From an uncultured cyanobacterium (GTDB taxonomy: Bacteria > Cyanobacteriota > Cyanobacteriia > Cyanobacteriales > Nostocaceae), in the NCBI GenBank assembly GCA_963740315.1, contig CAVUDP010000001.1, positions 1,056,001 through 1,120,000 on the forward strand: a stretch of DNA of 64,000 bases, written 5' to 3'. The notes below the pieces were generated by a model that ran no database searches, was not told where the DNA came from, and worked only from the letters and a program-made list of their open reading frames with translations. A program made the translations under genes and the position numbers. Shown here piece after piece: positions 39,610-50,301 of the stretch; position 1 is the stretch's first letter, and each line of letters opens with the position of its first letter.

Positions 39610-41829
39610 TTAGTCGGCAAATTCGTAACAATTTTTTCCGAGGTGTTTTGCCCGATACATTGCGGCATCAGCTTGTCTAATTAATGATTCTGGATTGTTT
39701 GCGGAATGTGGATAAATGGCGATGCCGATGCTGGCGGAAATTCTGGCGCTATGGCTTTCTAGAACAATTGGTTCTGTAATGCTTTTAAGAATTTTGTCAG
39801 CGATTTTAGCAGCTACTTGTGGATCGGGGATTTTGCGTAAAATGATCGTAAATTCATCTCCACCCAAGCGAGAAACAGTATCGCTACCGCGCAAGCAGTT
39901 GTTAAGTCGTTGTGCGACTGTTACTAATAAAATGTCGCCCATGTCATGTCCCAAAGAATCATTTACTTGCTTAAAACCATCTAAATCGACAAATAGTAAT
40001 GCTAGCAAGTAATTACTGTTTTTCGTCCAATACAAAGACTTATCAAGTTCTTCCACAAAAGCTTTACGATTTGGTAATCCCGTAAGGGCATCATGATAAG
40101 CCATATAACGCAAATGGTCTTCTTTAAGTTTCATTTCGTCATTAGAGCGAGATAATTCATCAGCAGTACGTTTAAGTTCTTCTTCTATATATTTACGTTC
40201 GGTAATATCGCGAATTATTCCAACTAAAAACAAGTTTCCCGCTGCATCTTTATGTAGAGAACGTTTAGTAGCAATTAGATGAACCTTGCCATTCACATCC
40301 GTAAGTTGTTCTTCGTTTTCTAATAATTTTTGACTTTTAAAAACATACTCATCCTTTTTTCTAAAAGCATCCGCTTCATGCATGGGAAAAAAATCATAGT
40401 CAAATTTATCAAGCAACTCATCTTTAGAACAACCAATTAACCGACAATAGGCATCGTTTAAAACAATCCATTGATGCTTTTCATTTTTGACAAAAATCGG
40501 ATCGGCGACAGTATTAATTACTTGCTGCAAAAAGTCTTTAGAACGTTTAAATTCTTCTTGCATATGAGCTATTTGACCAGTAATAAAAATAACCGAACCA
40601 GCATAAGTTATTAACGTCGGAATTAAAGGTATCCACCAGCCTTCTAAAAATAAAAAATAGGCACTGCCTTTTAATATAAAACTAAATAGTAATACTAATA
40701 ATAAATTCGTAATTGAATTTCTAACTCGCCACCTAATTATTGCCCCTACATAAGCCCAAATCCCAATCCATAAGTATTCTACAGGTTCACACCAAACTCT
40801 TAGTAATTGCTTTCCTTCGAGAGTCGCAGAAATGATTTCATGAATAAAATAAGCTTGCAATTCGACACCAGCTATAGACTGTAATTCTTTACCCATAAAA
40901 CTGCTAGAGTATGGAATTAGCTTTAAATCTTGTAAGCTAGGTGCAGTAGAACCAATTAACACAATTTGGTCTTTAATCCAATTTTCGGGTACTTCTCCAT
41001 TTAATACTTTTGTCAACGATATTTTGCGAAAACCATAAGATTTACCATCGCAGCCTTCTTTACAGGCTAATTTCGGAAAATTGGATAAAAATTGATAGCC
41101 ACCATTATCAGCATTTACGTAGCCGCCGTCATTTCGTTGAAATCGAAGAAATGTAGCCTTGCCTAATTGTAAATATTTAGGATTTATTTTTGCTTTTTGA
41201 GGTGTAATTCCTTCCGATTTCAAATACAGTCGCGCTAATTTTAAGGCGAAGCTTTCGTATCCTTTATTATCAAGATGAGCAGATAATAAGCCACGACGTA
41301 CTTTACCATCGGCATCAACTATGACGTTATTAACGCCTACCTGACCTTTTTGACTTAATATAGGTGGTGGAAGAACGCGATTATTATTTTTCTTATCTGG
41401 GAGCAATTCAATGCCAATTAAATTAGGTATTGATTTAAATACTTCTTCAAGTTTTTTACTACCAGGTGGTACTTCTAAATCTCTATAAATGTCTAAACCG
41501 ATCGCACGAGGTTGATAATGTTGGATTTTTTGCAATAATTCAGCAACTTTGCGATCGGAAATTGGCCAAGATCCTATTTCGCGCAAAGAAGCTTCATCTA
41601 TAGCCACTATCGTAATACGTTCTTGGGAGACTTCGATTGGACGCAATTGCAAAAACTGGTCTAAAGCCGTCCATTCCAAAGATTGCAATAACCCCAAGTA
41701 GCGTAATACTAGTACACAAGCTACTACGCAAGAAGCGGTTATTAATTCTCTGTGTCTTTTGAAAAGTTTTTGTTGCAGTGCAAAAATAGATTTCTGTAAA
41801 TCTTTGCCTATATTTTTTCTTATTCCCAT
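39610..41829 (-). CDS. CHASE2-PAS-GGDEF diguanylate cyclase
   Basis: ITIVAIDE..L..IG.WP, PRAIGLDIYRD, D.DGKVRR (CHASE2); 3 TM; PAS; HDALTGLPNR, DLDGFK.VND..GH..GD, RGSD I-site, GGDEF. Confidence 0.93.
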   Translation of the reverse strand: MGIRKNIGKDLQKSIFALQQKLFKRHRELITASCVVACVLVLRYLGLLQSLEWTALDQFLQLRPIEVSQERITIVAIDEASLREIGSWPISDRKVAELLQKIQHYQPRAIGLDIYRDLEVPPGSKKLEEVFKSIPNLIGIELLPDKKNNNRVLPPPILSQKGQVGVNNVIVDADGKVRRGLLSAHLDNKGYESFALKLARLYLKSEGITPQKAKINPKYLQLGKATFLRFQRNDGGYVNADNGGYQFLSNFPKLACKEGCDGKSYGFRKISLTKVLNGEVPENWIKDQIVLIGSTAPSLQDLKLIPYSSSFMGKELQSIAGVELQAYFIHEIISATLEGKQLLRVWCEPVEYLWIGIWAYVGAIIRWRVRNSITNLLLVLLFSFILKGSAYFLFLEGWWIPLIPTLITYAGSVIFITGQIAHMQEEFKRSKDFLQQVINTVADPIFVKNEKHQWIVLNDAYCRLIGCSKDELLDKFDYDFFPMHEADAFRKKDEYVFKSQKLLENEEQLTDVNGKVHLIATKRSLHKDAAGNLFLVGIIRDITERKYIEEELKRTADELSRSNDEMKLKEDHLRYMAYHDALTGLPNRKAFVEELDKSLYWTKNSNYLLALLFVDLDGFKQVNDSLGHDMGDILLVTVAQRLNNCLRGSDTVSRLGGDEFTIILRKIPDPQVAAKIADKILKSITEPIVLESHSARISASIGIAIYPHSANNPESLIRQADAAMYRAKHLGKNCYEFAD

Positions 41830-42653
41830 TACCTGATTGGGATAAAAATTGTCAAGTTTATAATAAGGCTAAATAATCGTTAATACGCTCAAAATATTAA
41901 CTTTATGCAGCTAGAGATTTTAGTAAATTGCACCGAACATCTCGATAAAATCTATCTCATTAAATGTACGGGTGGAGATTAAATATTTCCAGTTGTTTAC
42001 TAAATTTCTAAGAGGTGTTTTAGTTTAGTATGGTTCCCTAATCAAATTTACATAGCTTACTCAAGAGTGAAAATAACTAAATTTATGAATCAATAGAAAT
42101 TGTCAAAACTCGCTGCAAGTACACATTAGTGTAAGTACTGATGGTACATAATAAAAGGGTACTTACAGAAACATACTATCGGCAAGTCCTAAATCGTAAA
42201 TTATTGATGTTTATATGTAAATTCTAAGTCACCTATATTTGGAATCTATAGCCTATTCACTGATATAAACTTGTAAAAATAATTATTCGAGCTTAAAGTA
42301 TAAACTATTTACAAATATTGTTTTATAGCTTCTCCTTTATAGCTTTTAAACAAATTTATAGAATTTATCTTTTACGTAATTTAACCTACATATAATTGTA
42401 TATTATTAAAAATTTTATACAAATGGATAAAAAGATATGTGTAAAAAAGAAATTTAGTTAATTCGTTATATTGCAACATTATTGTTTGATACATTTGCCA
42501 CCTTGCCATTTCTATAAGTATTCATGTATTTAGGAAAGGAAACAAAGAATATACTGATTTTTTCAGTACAAAGCTTACCCTAGTCGTTCGCATAGTGTAT
42601 TTGTAGGCTATACAATATGCTGCGGAGCAATCATATAATTGTTGGGCAAATAA

Positions 42654-42690
42654 AAAGCCAACTGAAGCAGATACTCCAGCTGACTTTTTA
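42654..42690 (-). terminator. probable terminator downstream of VKOR
   Basis: aaaaagccaactg...cagctgacttttt imperfect hairpin. Confidence 0.45.
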
Positions 42691-42714
42691 AGTTCAATTT
42701 TTGTAAGTTTTAGA

Positions 42715-43713
42715 CTAACGACGCAAATAGTACTTGAAATTAGTCGCACCTTGATAGCCAGAAAGTTTTGCTAATTCCTCAAGACTCTGCGCTCCGGTAT
42801 AGGTTTTACCCTTTATCTTCCAAGTGGGATAGCTTGTAATTCCAGCTGTTTTACACTCAGGTTTCACATTGTTGGGATCGTCGGCAGGAGCGCAATCTGT
42901 ATGAGGCACTTCTTTATAGGCTTCCTTACCAAACAATAGCTTTTGGTCGTGACAGTGAGGACACCACCATGCAATATATTCTTTGGCTCCAATTTCTTTA
43001 AGGTGACGCGCTAGTGCTATTTCTGCTTCTCCAGAAGTAGTGGTAATTTCCCAACCAACTCCAGGTTGAGGATTTTCTTTGGGAATGAAACTAATTGCTC
43101 CACTTTCTTGAGTAGGGGATTCGGCAGAAGGTCCATTTGCGACACCAGCATAAACGCCTAATGTCCCGATCAGCGTTACCATTCCTACAATAACTGCGGT
43201 AAACAAAATTTGCCCAATATCTTCCCAATTACGACCAATAATAGTTAATACCAGCATCGTTAGGGAAAATAGAGCCGATGCAATACAGTAGGGACAAACT
43301 GTTTTAATTTGGCTAAATAATACGTACATTAGATAGCTGCTGAAAACCGTCATGGAAATTGAGCCGATCAGCAAAAGCGTCCATGTTGAGTTTTCCAACT
43401 TCTGACGCTGTTCTTTATTATCTCCACCTTTAAAAAGTAAAGGCGCAAGAGCGAAAACCAACATACTGAAATATGCTAGAAACCCGAATAAAGCTAATGG
43501 CTGTCCCAGAACAGTTGCCCAAGGACTAGAAAGGACGCTGTTACATCCAGCACCCGTGCCCGCAGCAGTAGAAGAGGCAGTACAAGCAGCCGCTCCTCCC
43601 GTCAATTTAACGATGGTTAGATAACCAGTGACTAAAGCACCACAGGAAGCAATTCCTGCGATTAGTAAACGGGAGAAGCGATGAATCCAAGGAGTAGAAC
43701 GACGACGAATCAT
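42715..43713 (-). CDS. vitamin K epoxide reductase-thioredoxin fusion (LTO1/SynDsbAB-like)
   Basis: C...GC..VL.SPWA, CPYC in the TM domain, WCPHC thioredoxin motif, I..YPTW. Confidence 0.92.
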   Translation of the reverse strand: MIRRRSTPWIHRFSRLLIAGIASCGALVTGYLTIVKLTGGAAACTASSTAAGTGAGCNSVLSSPWATVLGQPLALFGFLAYFSMLVFALAPLLFKGGDNKEQRQKLENSTWTLLLIGSISMTVFSSYLMYVLFSQIKTVCPYCIASALFSLTMLVLTIIGRNWEDIGQILFTAVIVGMVTLIGTLGVYAGVANGPSAESPTQESGAISFIPKENPQPGVGWEITTTSGEAEIALARHLKEIGAKEYIAWWCPHCHDQKLLFGKEAYKEVPHTDCAPADDPNNVKPECKTAGITSYPTWKIKGKTYTGAQSLEELAKLSGYQGATNFKYYLRR

Positions 43714-43978
43714 AAGCTAAAACATTATTAATTTAGATTAATAAATCGGAAATAGGGAATAAACTAGAAGATATTATTGTAAATCTGTATAACATCTTGT
43801 AACTTAATTTAGTTAAAACTAAAATTAGCTGCAAGCGAAAAAATTACGTTGGCGGTTAACTAGATTTAAAATAAATATTCCTCCAAGATTCAAAAAATAA
43901 AATATTGTTAGAGATTGAATCTGTTACTAATTACTACTTACTACAAGTGCGAACTACCACTATTCCCAATTTCCGTTG

Positions 43979-44827
43979 TTAAGAATGTAGCTTGAGTGAA
44001 GAAACTGATTCGGTTTGACCTTTGGAATTGAAATTTTGCCGAGCAGCTTCTACAAACTGGCTGACACGGATTGGGTCTATTGTTTGCTCGCGGTTGCCGT
44101 GGCGTTTCAAAGAACTGGAAACTATTACACCGTCCGCAGCTTGCATTAGTGTAGCAATATTATCCAAACTCGCTCCACTACCAATAAATACCGGAGTACC
44201 TTTGGCCGCTCTCGATGCTAGTTCCAAGTCTTCGAGATTCGGAGGATCGCCTGTAGCCCAACCGGACAAAATCACTGCATCTGCCAATCCACGCTCGATT
44301 GTATCTTGGACTGCGGTAGTCAAATTGACCGAACCCAACGGACGGGCGTGCTTCACCAACACATCCGCAATAATTTTCACTTCACTGCCTAATTCTCGAC
44401 GATACCTAAGTAATTGATGGGCTTCTCCTTCAATTAATCCTTGGTCTGTTGCCATTACCCCAGTCAACACGTTAACGCGGATAAATTGCGCCCCAGTACA
44501 ACTGGCTATGGCGATCGCACTTTTGGCATCGTTTCGCAATACGTTTAAACCGATAGGTAGAGTAACAAGATTTTTGAGGCGCTGTACTACAACAGTCATA
44601 GCACTGACAACTGCGGGATCTACTTGATTTTTAGTAAACGGCGCATCAAAAAAATTTTCAACGATAATACCGTCAATTCCTCCACTAACAAGGGCGACAG
44701 CTTCTTGTTCGGCACGGTCAATTACCGCTTTGAGATTACCCCCCCAGCGCGGTGAGGTCGGCAGCGGTAACAGGTGAACCACACCAATAATTGGTCTTCG
44801 TGTTTTAAATAACTGATATAAATCCAC
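43979..44827 (-). CDS. btpA: photosystem I biogenesis protein BtpA
   Basis: IIGVVHLLPLP, VENFFDAPF, NVLRND, ADVLVKHA; GTG start at 44827. Confidence 0.92.
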   Translation of the reverse strand: MDLYQLFKTRRPIIGVVHLLPLPTSPRWGGNLKAVIDRAEQEAVALVSGGIDGIIVENFFDAPFTKNQVDPAVVSAMTVVVQRLKNLVTLPIGLNVLRNDAKSAIAIASCTGAQFIRVNVLTGVMATDQGLIEGEAHQLLRYRRELGSEVKIIADVLVKHARPLGSVNLTTAVQDTIERGLADAVILSGWATGDPPNLEDLELASRAAKGTPVFIGSGASLDNIATLMQAADGVIVSSSLKRHGNREQTIDPIRVSQFVEAARQNFNSKGQTESVSSLKLHS

Positions 44828-45250
44828 GTCTTTTTTTGTTACGGACTTTGTGTGGTTTCCCGACAGAGAGGCAAATTGCACGTTTATTTATCCTTGTAAA
44901 GCAACTGGCATTGCGGAAGACCGATATTCTGCTAGTATTCTGTTTGACTTAATAAGACAAGAAATACTTCAATACAGTCTGGTACGGTAATTAACCAGCC
45001 GAATTAGAGATTAGTACCATAAACTTAGGTTTTACCCAAGCAAAAAACACATGAAGACTATTTTACCTGGATTACCGCTATCTCTTAAATAAGGATAAAT
45101 AAATTTCCTTCGTCATAATTTTTATGCCCTAACAATATGCGGATAATTTTCTGAAAAAATGCTTCATTTGAAAAAAGTAAAATACCTCCTCCTTCAGATG
45201 TAATTTGGCAAAAAATATATCCTAAGATATGTTAAGATAAAAGATGATAC

Positions 45251-45432
45251 GAGAGGAGTCTGCCGCTCACCTGACTGCGGCTTGCAGCTTTACATAAAAC
45301 TGTGTATAGTCTGCCACAGATATAGGCAATCGTTTGGGGAAAGGGTAATATTAACGCCAATCGAAGCGTAACTCAGCCTGCGATTACATAAACGGGTAGC
45401 GACTTCTCTACAAAAGCCGATTTTGGTCGGCT
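45251..45432 (+). ncRNA. candidate structured RNA / 5' leader of rimO-crhR
   Basis: TGnTAAGAT at 45230-45238; closing helix agaggagtc/gacttctct; internal hairpins; folded by eye only. Confidence 0.35.
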
Positions 45433-45759
45433 GCTTCCTAACAAGTAAATCAGTATTGTATGGACTGGGGTAATGTAAAATACCATCAATCAACAATATG
45501 TAAAAAGTAGAATAAGCTGAGCTATCGTGAAAAACTACTTAAAGTCTATGTAAAACGGATAGAAAATAGGTATATCATCTCACAAACTATCGAAATTACT
45601 ACGGTGATGACACTTTATTTAAAGTGGTTACATAGCGCGTAGGAAAAATGGACTGCGAACGTAGGATTTTTGCAACTTATTTATAATGGCAAAATTCCTT
45701 GATTAAATAGCCATTGCACGTTTACGTTTAACTCGAAATAGCAAAATATCTTTTATAAT

Positions 45760-47073
45760 ATGGGTGATAAGCCAACAATTGCATTTTCTCATCTAGGCTG
45801 CGAGAAAAACAGAATTGATACAGAGCATATGCTCGGTTTGCTGGTAGAAGCAGGTTACGGCGTAGATTGTAATGAAGAATTAGCAGATTACGTTATAGTC
45901 AATACTTGTAGTTTTATTGCCGCAGCACGAGAAGAGTCTGTTAAAACTTTAGTAGAATTAGCAGAAGCTGATAAGAAGATAGTGATTACTGGCTGCATGG
46001 CGCAGCATTTCCAAGAGCAATTATTGGAAGAGTTGCCAGAAGCAGTAGCGGTTGTAGGTACGGGCGATTACGACAAAATCGTGAATGTCATTGAGCGAAC
46101 CCAGCTTGGCGAGCGTGTCAAGCAAGTAAGTGCCGAACCTACTTTTATTGCCGATGAAACAACGCCTCGCTATCGGACTACCTCAGAGGGTGTAGCTTAC
46201 TTAAGGGTTGCTGAAGGATGCGATTATCGCTGTGCGTTTTGTATAATTCCTCATCTACGAGGAAACCAACGTTCGCGTACTATTGAATCAATTGTCGCTG
46301 AAGCAGAGCAATTGGCATCTCAAGGAGTGCGGGAGATAATATTAATTTCCCAAATTACTACGAATTACGGTATAGATATTTACAAGAAACCTCAGTTGGG
46401 TGAATTGCTTCGCGCTCTGGGTAAGGTGGATATACCGTGGATTAGGATGCACTATGCTTATCCTACGGGACTGACCCCAGATGTAATAGCGGCGATAAAA
46501 GAAAACAATAATGTATTACCTTATTTAGATTTGCCATTACAGCATTCCCATCCTGAAATTCTTCGCACCATGAATCGTCCCTGGCAAGGACAGGTGAACG
46601 ACGAAGTTATCGAGCGCATAAAAGGGGCGCTACCAGATGCCGTGCTGCGAACAACCTTCATTGTGGGTTTTCCAGGCGAAACAGACGAGCATTTCGAGCA
46701 TTTATGTCAGTTTGTCGAGCGCCATGAGTTTGACCATGTAGGTGTTTTCACCTTTTCACCGGAGGAAGGAACAAAAGCGTATAACTTACCGCAGCAACTG
46801 CCGCAACAGTTAATGGACGAGCGGCGAGATGCACTAATGGAAATTCAGCAGCCAATTTCTTGGAAAAACAATCAGCAAGAAGTAGGCAAAGTAGTTGATG
46901 TGTTAATTGAGCAAGAAAATCCCATTCGGGGAGAACTGATAGGTCGTTCTGGTAGATTTGCTCCAGAGGTAGACGGACAAATATATGTTCGTGGAGAAGC
47001 TCGCATGGGAGCGATCGTGCCGGTAGAGATTCAGAAAGCTGATGCATATGACCTATACGGTAAAGTTGTTTGA
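45760..47073 (+). CDS. rimO: ribosomal protein S12 methylthiotransferase RimO
   Basis: [35 protein letters not shown] end. Confidence 0.95.
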   Translation: MGDKPTIAFSHLGCEKNRIDTEHMLGLLVEAGYGVDCNEELADYVIVNTCSFIAAAREESVKTLVELAEADKKIVITGCMAQHFQEQLLEELPEAVAVVGTGDYDKIVNVIERTQLGERVKQVSAEPTFIADETTPRYRTTSEGVAYLRVAEGCDYRCAFCIIPHLRGNQRSRTIESIVAEAEQLASQGVREIILISQITTNYGIDIYKKPQLGELLRALGKVDIPWIRMHYAYPTGLTPDVIAAIKENNNVLPYLDLPLQHSHPEILRTMNRPWQGQVNDEVIERIKGALPDAVLRTTFIVGFPGETDEHFEHLCQFVERHEFDHVGVFTFSPEEGTKAYNLPQQLPQQLMDERRDALMEIQQPISWKNNQQEVGKVVDVLIEQENPIRGELIGRSGRFAPEVDGQIYVRGEARMGAIVPVEIQKADAYDLYGKVV

Positions 47074-47185
47074 ACTTAGCTTGCGTTATGAGGCTATTAG
47101 TTATCAATTTTGCTTGACTAGTAGGCAAATAATTAACACATAATTTTGATTGATTGAAGATTAAACTTAGAACATAGGAGAATTA

Positions 47186-48718
47186 ATGAGTCTTACTTTT
47201 GAAGATTTAGGGATTTCAGAACAACGCCTTGCAAAATTAGAACAACTTGGTTTTACGACACCGACAAATATTCAAGAACAAGCAATTCCTCAACTGCTTT
47301 CAGGTCGCGATGTAGTAGGTCAATCCCAGACTGGAACGGGTAAAACGGCAGCATTTTCCCTACCAATTTTAGAGCGGATAGATGTTAATCAAAAAGCAGT
47401 ACAGGCTGTAGTTTTAGCTCCAACTCGCGAACTCGCAATTCAGGTTCACAGCGCCATTTCTGAATTTGTTGGCAGTGAAAGATTAAAAATATTGGCAATT
47501 TATGGCGGTCAATCAATCGATCGCCAAATGATGCAACTCAAGCGCGGCGTTCACGTTGTAGTAGGTACTCCGGGACGAATTATTGATTTATTAGATCGGG
47601 GCTGTTTGAAGCTCGACCAGGTGAAGTGGTTTGTGTTGGATGAAGCCGATGAAATGTTGAGCATGGGCTTTATTGACGATGTAGAGAAAATCCTTTCTCG
47701 GGCACCTTCGGAACGTCAAACCGCTTTATTTTCGGCAACAATGCCCCCATCAATTCGCCAATTGGTGAATAAGTATTTAAACGATCCCGTAACGGTGACG
47801 GTTCAACAACCCAAAGCTGCTCCGAATAAAATTAATCAGGTAGCTTACTTGATACCGCGTCACTGGACGAAAGCCAGAGCTTTACAGCCGATCTTGGAAA
47901 TGGAAGATCCCGATACGGCATTAATTTTCGTCCGTACCCGACGTACAGCAGCAGAATTAACCAATCAGTTGCAATCAGCAGGTCACAGCGTTGATGAGTA
48001 TCACGGTGATTTATCGCAGCAAGCGCGGGAAAGATTGTTGGGACGCTTCCGCAATCGTCAAGTTCGTTGGGTAGTAGCAACTGATATTGCTGCAAGAGGT
48101 TTAGACGTTGACGAACTTACTCATGTAATCAACTTTGATTTACCCGATAGCGTAGAAACCTACGTTCACCGTATTGGTCGTACTGGTAGAGCGGGTAAAG
48201 AAGGAACCGCGATTTCCTTGGTACAGCCATTTGAGCGACGCAAGCAGCAAACTATTGAACGCCACAACCGCCAGAATTGGCAAATGCTTTCTATTCCTAC
48301 CCGCGCTCAAATTGAAGCGCGACAGTTGGAGAAACTGCAAGTTCAGGTAAAAGAAGCTTTGAGTGGCGAACGTTTGGCTTCATTCTTGCCGATAGTGCGC
48401 GAAATTAGCGAAGAGTATGATGCTCACGCTATTGCAGCAGCAGCCTTACAAATTGCTTACGATCAAACACGTCCGGATTGGTTGAAAGCAGATAGCATTC
48501 CCGAAGAGGATGCAAATTATGCTTCACCCAAACCCCAACTACGTTCTTCTTCACGTCGTTCTGGCGATAGAAACCGCCGTTGGGTGTCCGATGGGAAAGG
48601 CAGAGACAAGAACAGAGATGGAAAACGTAGTGGTGGTGGTGCTGGAAGTTCTAAACCAAAACTAAAATCAAGCCATCGGGAAACATCTTCTAGTGCTGCT
48701 AAAGAATCAGCATCTTAA
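47186..48718 (+). CDS. crhR: DEAD-box RNA helicase (CrhR/DeaD-like)
   Basis: TGTGKT, PTRELA, DEAD, SAT, ARGLD, HRIGRTGRAG; rimO synteny supports crhR. Confidence 0.9.
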   Translation: MSLTFEDLGISEQRLAKLEQLGFTTPTNIQEQAIPQLLSGRDVVGQSQTGTGKTAAFSLPILERIDVNQKAVQAVVLAPTRELAIQVHSAISEFVGSERLKILAIYGGQSIDRQMMQLKRGVHVVVGTPGRIIDLLDRGCLKLDQVKWFVLDEADEMLSMGFIDDVEKILSRAPSERQTALFSATMPPSIRQLVNKYLNDPVTVTVQQPKAAPNKINQVAYLIPRHWTKARALQPILEMEDPDTALIFVRTRRTAAELTNQLQSAGHSVDEYHGDLSQQARERLLGRFRNRQVRWVVATDIAARGLDVDELTHVINFDLPDSVETYVHRIGRTGRAGKEGTAISLVQPFERRKQQTIERHNRQNWQMLSIPTRAQIEARQLEKLQVQVKEALSGERLASFLPIVREISEEYDAHAIAAAALQIAYDQTRPDWLKADSIPEEDANYASPKPQLRSSSRRSGDRNRRWVSDGKGRDKNRDGKRSGGGAGSSKPKLKSSHRETSSSAAKESAS

Positions 48719-48843
48719 ACTTAGATTCGATCTTGTAGAAGAATAATCTCTACTGGTTATTCGATTTGATATTTCATCTAGAGCAATACTGGTAGAGAAA
48801 TCAAAAAAAAATCATTCCTTAATTGTGGATGAAATCGTAAAAC

Positions 48844-48972
48844 ATATCGGGTTCGTTTGACTACTGAAATTATTTCGGGCTGTTAAAAGCTGACAGCTAG
48901 CTGTAAAACGTTGAACGGTTATTAGTTCAACTACAACCGAAAATAAATGTAGAAATCAATCGAACTTGATAT
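48844..48972. mobile_element. degenerate MITE-like element
   Basis: Imperfect terminal inverted repeats atatcgggttcgtttga ... tcaatcgaacttgatat. Confidence 0.5.
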
Positions 48973-49187
48973 TTCAAAAAATTAAGCCAAGCGTGTTAAA
49001 TCGCAAAGCAACTGGTTTCAATTTAAGCTTCATACTTCTAAATTCAGAAGTACTTAGAAGATAGCAATGGAGCCAGTATTGTTTTTATAGGGAAGAGTTA
49101 GGAATTAGGAGTTAAGAGTTAGGAATTAAGAGTTAGGAGTTAGGAGTTTAATTACCTTTGACCTTTAACCTTTAACCTTTGACCTTG

Positions 49188-50138
49188 CTAATTTAACCAA
49201 GGACGGCTAATTTCATCTAATTGAGTAACTTCATCATCGCTCAACTTCCAATCTATTGCTCCGGCATTTTGAGTAACTTGCTCTGCTGTTTTGACTCCGG
49301 AAATCGGAATTACATTACCTTGAGCAATTAACCAGTTGAGAGCAACTTGTGCGGGAGTGCGATTATATTTTTCGCCGATGGTACGTAATAGAGATACTAC
49401 TGGCTCAATTTTTTGTAAATTGCTTTTACTAAAGCGCGGGTCTATTTTTCTGGCACCAGTTGGATCTATAGTACTATCTGTCGTGTATTTACCTGTGAGT
49501 AAACCTTGTGCTAAAGGACTATAAGCCAAAATTGTCACGCCTAATTGTTTCGCCTTAGCAATAATTCCTTGACTTTCAACTTGACGAGTTAATAACGAAT
49601 AACGTACTTGATTAACTGCTAAAGGTATACCGCGACGAGCTAAAATTTGGTGTGCTTCTTGCATTTGTTCTTGAGAATAATTACTTACACCAATTGCTTT
49701 AATTCTGCCTTTTTCTACCTCTGTTGCTAAAGCATTCATTAATGTTTCTTGGCTGAGAAAAAAAGTAAAGGGCCAATGTACTTGATAAAGTGCAATTTGC
49801 TCTAATTGGAGGCGTTTAAGACTGTCAGTTAATGCTTCACTGACAGATTCAGCAGAAAATCGCCAGGGTAAAGGACCAAACTTTGTAGCGATAATTACCT
49901 CTTTGTCCGTTTTTTTGATAAACTTTCCGAGCAATTCCTCAGAAAGTCCTAACCCATAGACTTCCGCAGTATCGAAAAACGTAATACCCGCTTCGATCGC
50001 AGCATTAAAAGCTTGTTCCACCTGTTCCGAACCGTAGTCACTGCCATAATTCCAAAAAAGTTTATCACCCCAAGCCCAGGTACCAAGGCACAAAGGTGTA
50101 ACTGATACAGCGTTTTGTCCTAATGTGATGCTTTCCAC
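49188..50138 (-). CDS. aldo/keto reductase
   Basis: LGTWAWG, FDTAEVYG, ATKF, LYQVHWP, IGVSNY, AYSPLAQG. Confidence 0.93.
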   Translation of the reverse strand: MESITLGQNAVSVTPLCLGTWAWGDKLFWNYGSDYGSEQVEQAFNAAIEAGITFFDTAEVYGLGLSEELLGKFIKKTDKEVIIATKFGPLPWRFSAESVSEALTDSLKRLQLEQIALYQVHWPFTFFLSQETLMNALATEVEKGRIKAIGVSNYSQEQMQEAHQILARRGIPLAVNQVRYSLLTRQVESQGIIAKAKQLGVTILAYSPLAQGLLTGKYTTDSTIDPTGARKIDPRFSKSNLQKIEPVVSLLRTIGEKYNRTPAQVALNWLIAQGNVIPISGVKTAEQVTQNAGAIDWKLSDDEVTQLDEISRPWLN

Positions 50139-50301
50139 TATTAATTAAATATTTTTGCAATACTTTACTCTAAGTGTATCGCTGTTATTAACATTGAAAG
50201 CTTTATTAACGAATAGTTAATGGGATAATAACGAAGCAGCCACCGATCTAATTTATCTGTGGTTACATCAGATGTATTTATCTTTTTACGTTTAAGTGGT
50301 T

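Noticed and set aside
42522..42749. 75-aa ORF downstream of VKOR
   Set aside because: Overlaps the VKOR end and terminator, non-ATG start, no motif
44022..44417. 131-aa ORF antisense to btpA (likewise 51219-51710 antisense to PucC and 46748-47128 antisense to rimO)
   Set aside because: Shadow ORFs opposite confident genes
45290..45496. 68-aa minus-strand ORF between btpA and rimO
   Set aside because: TTG start, no RBS or motif; better explained by a plus-strand structured leader
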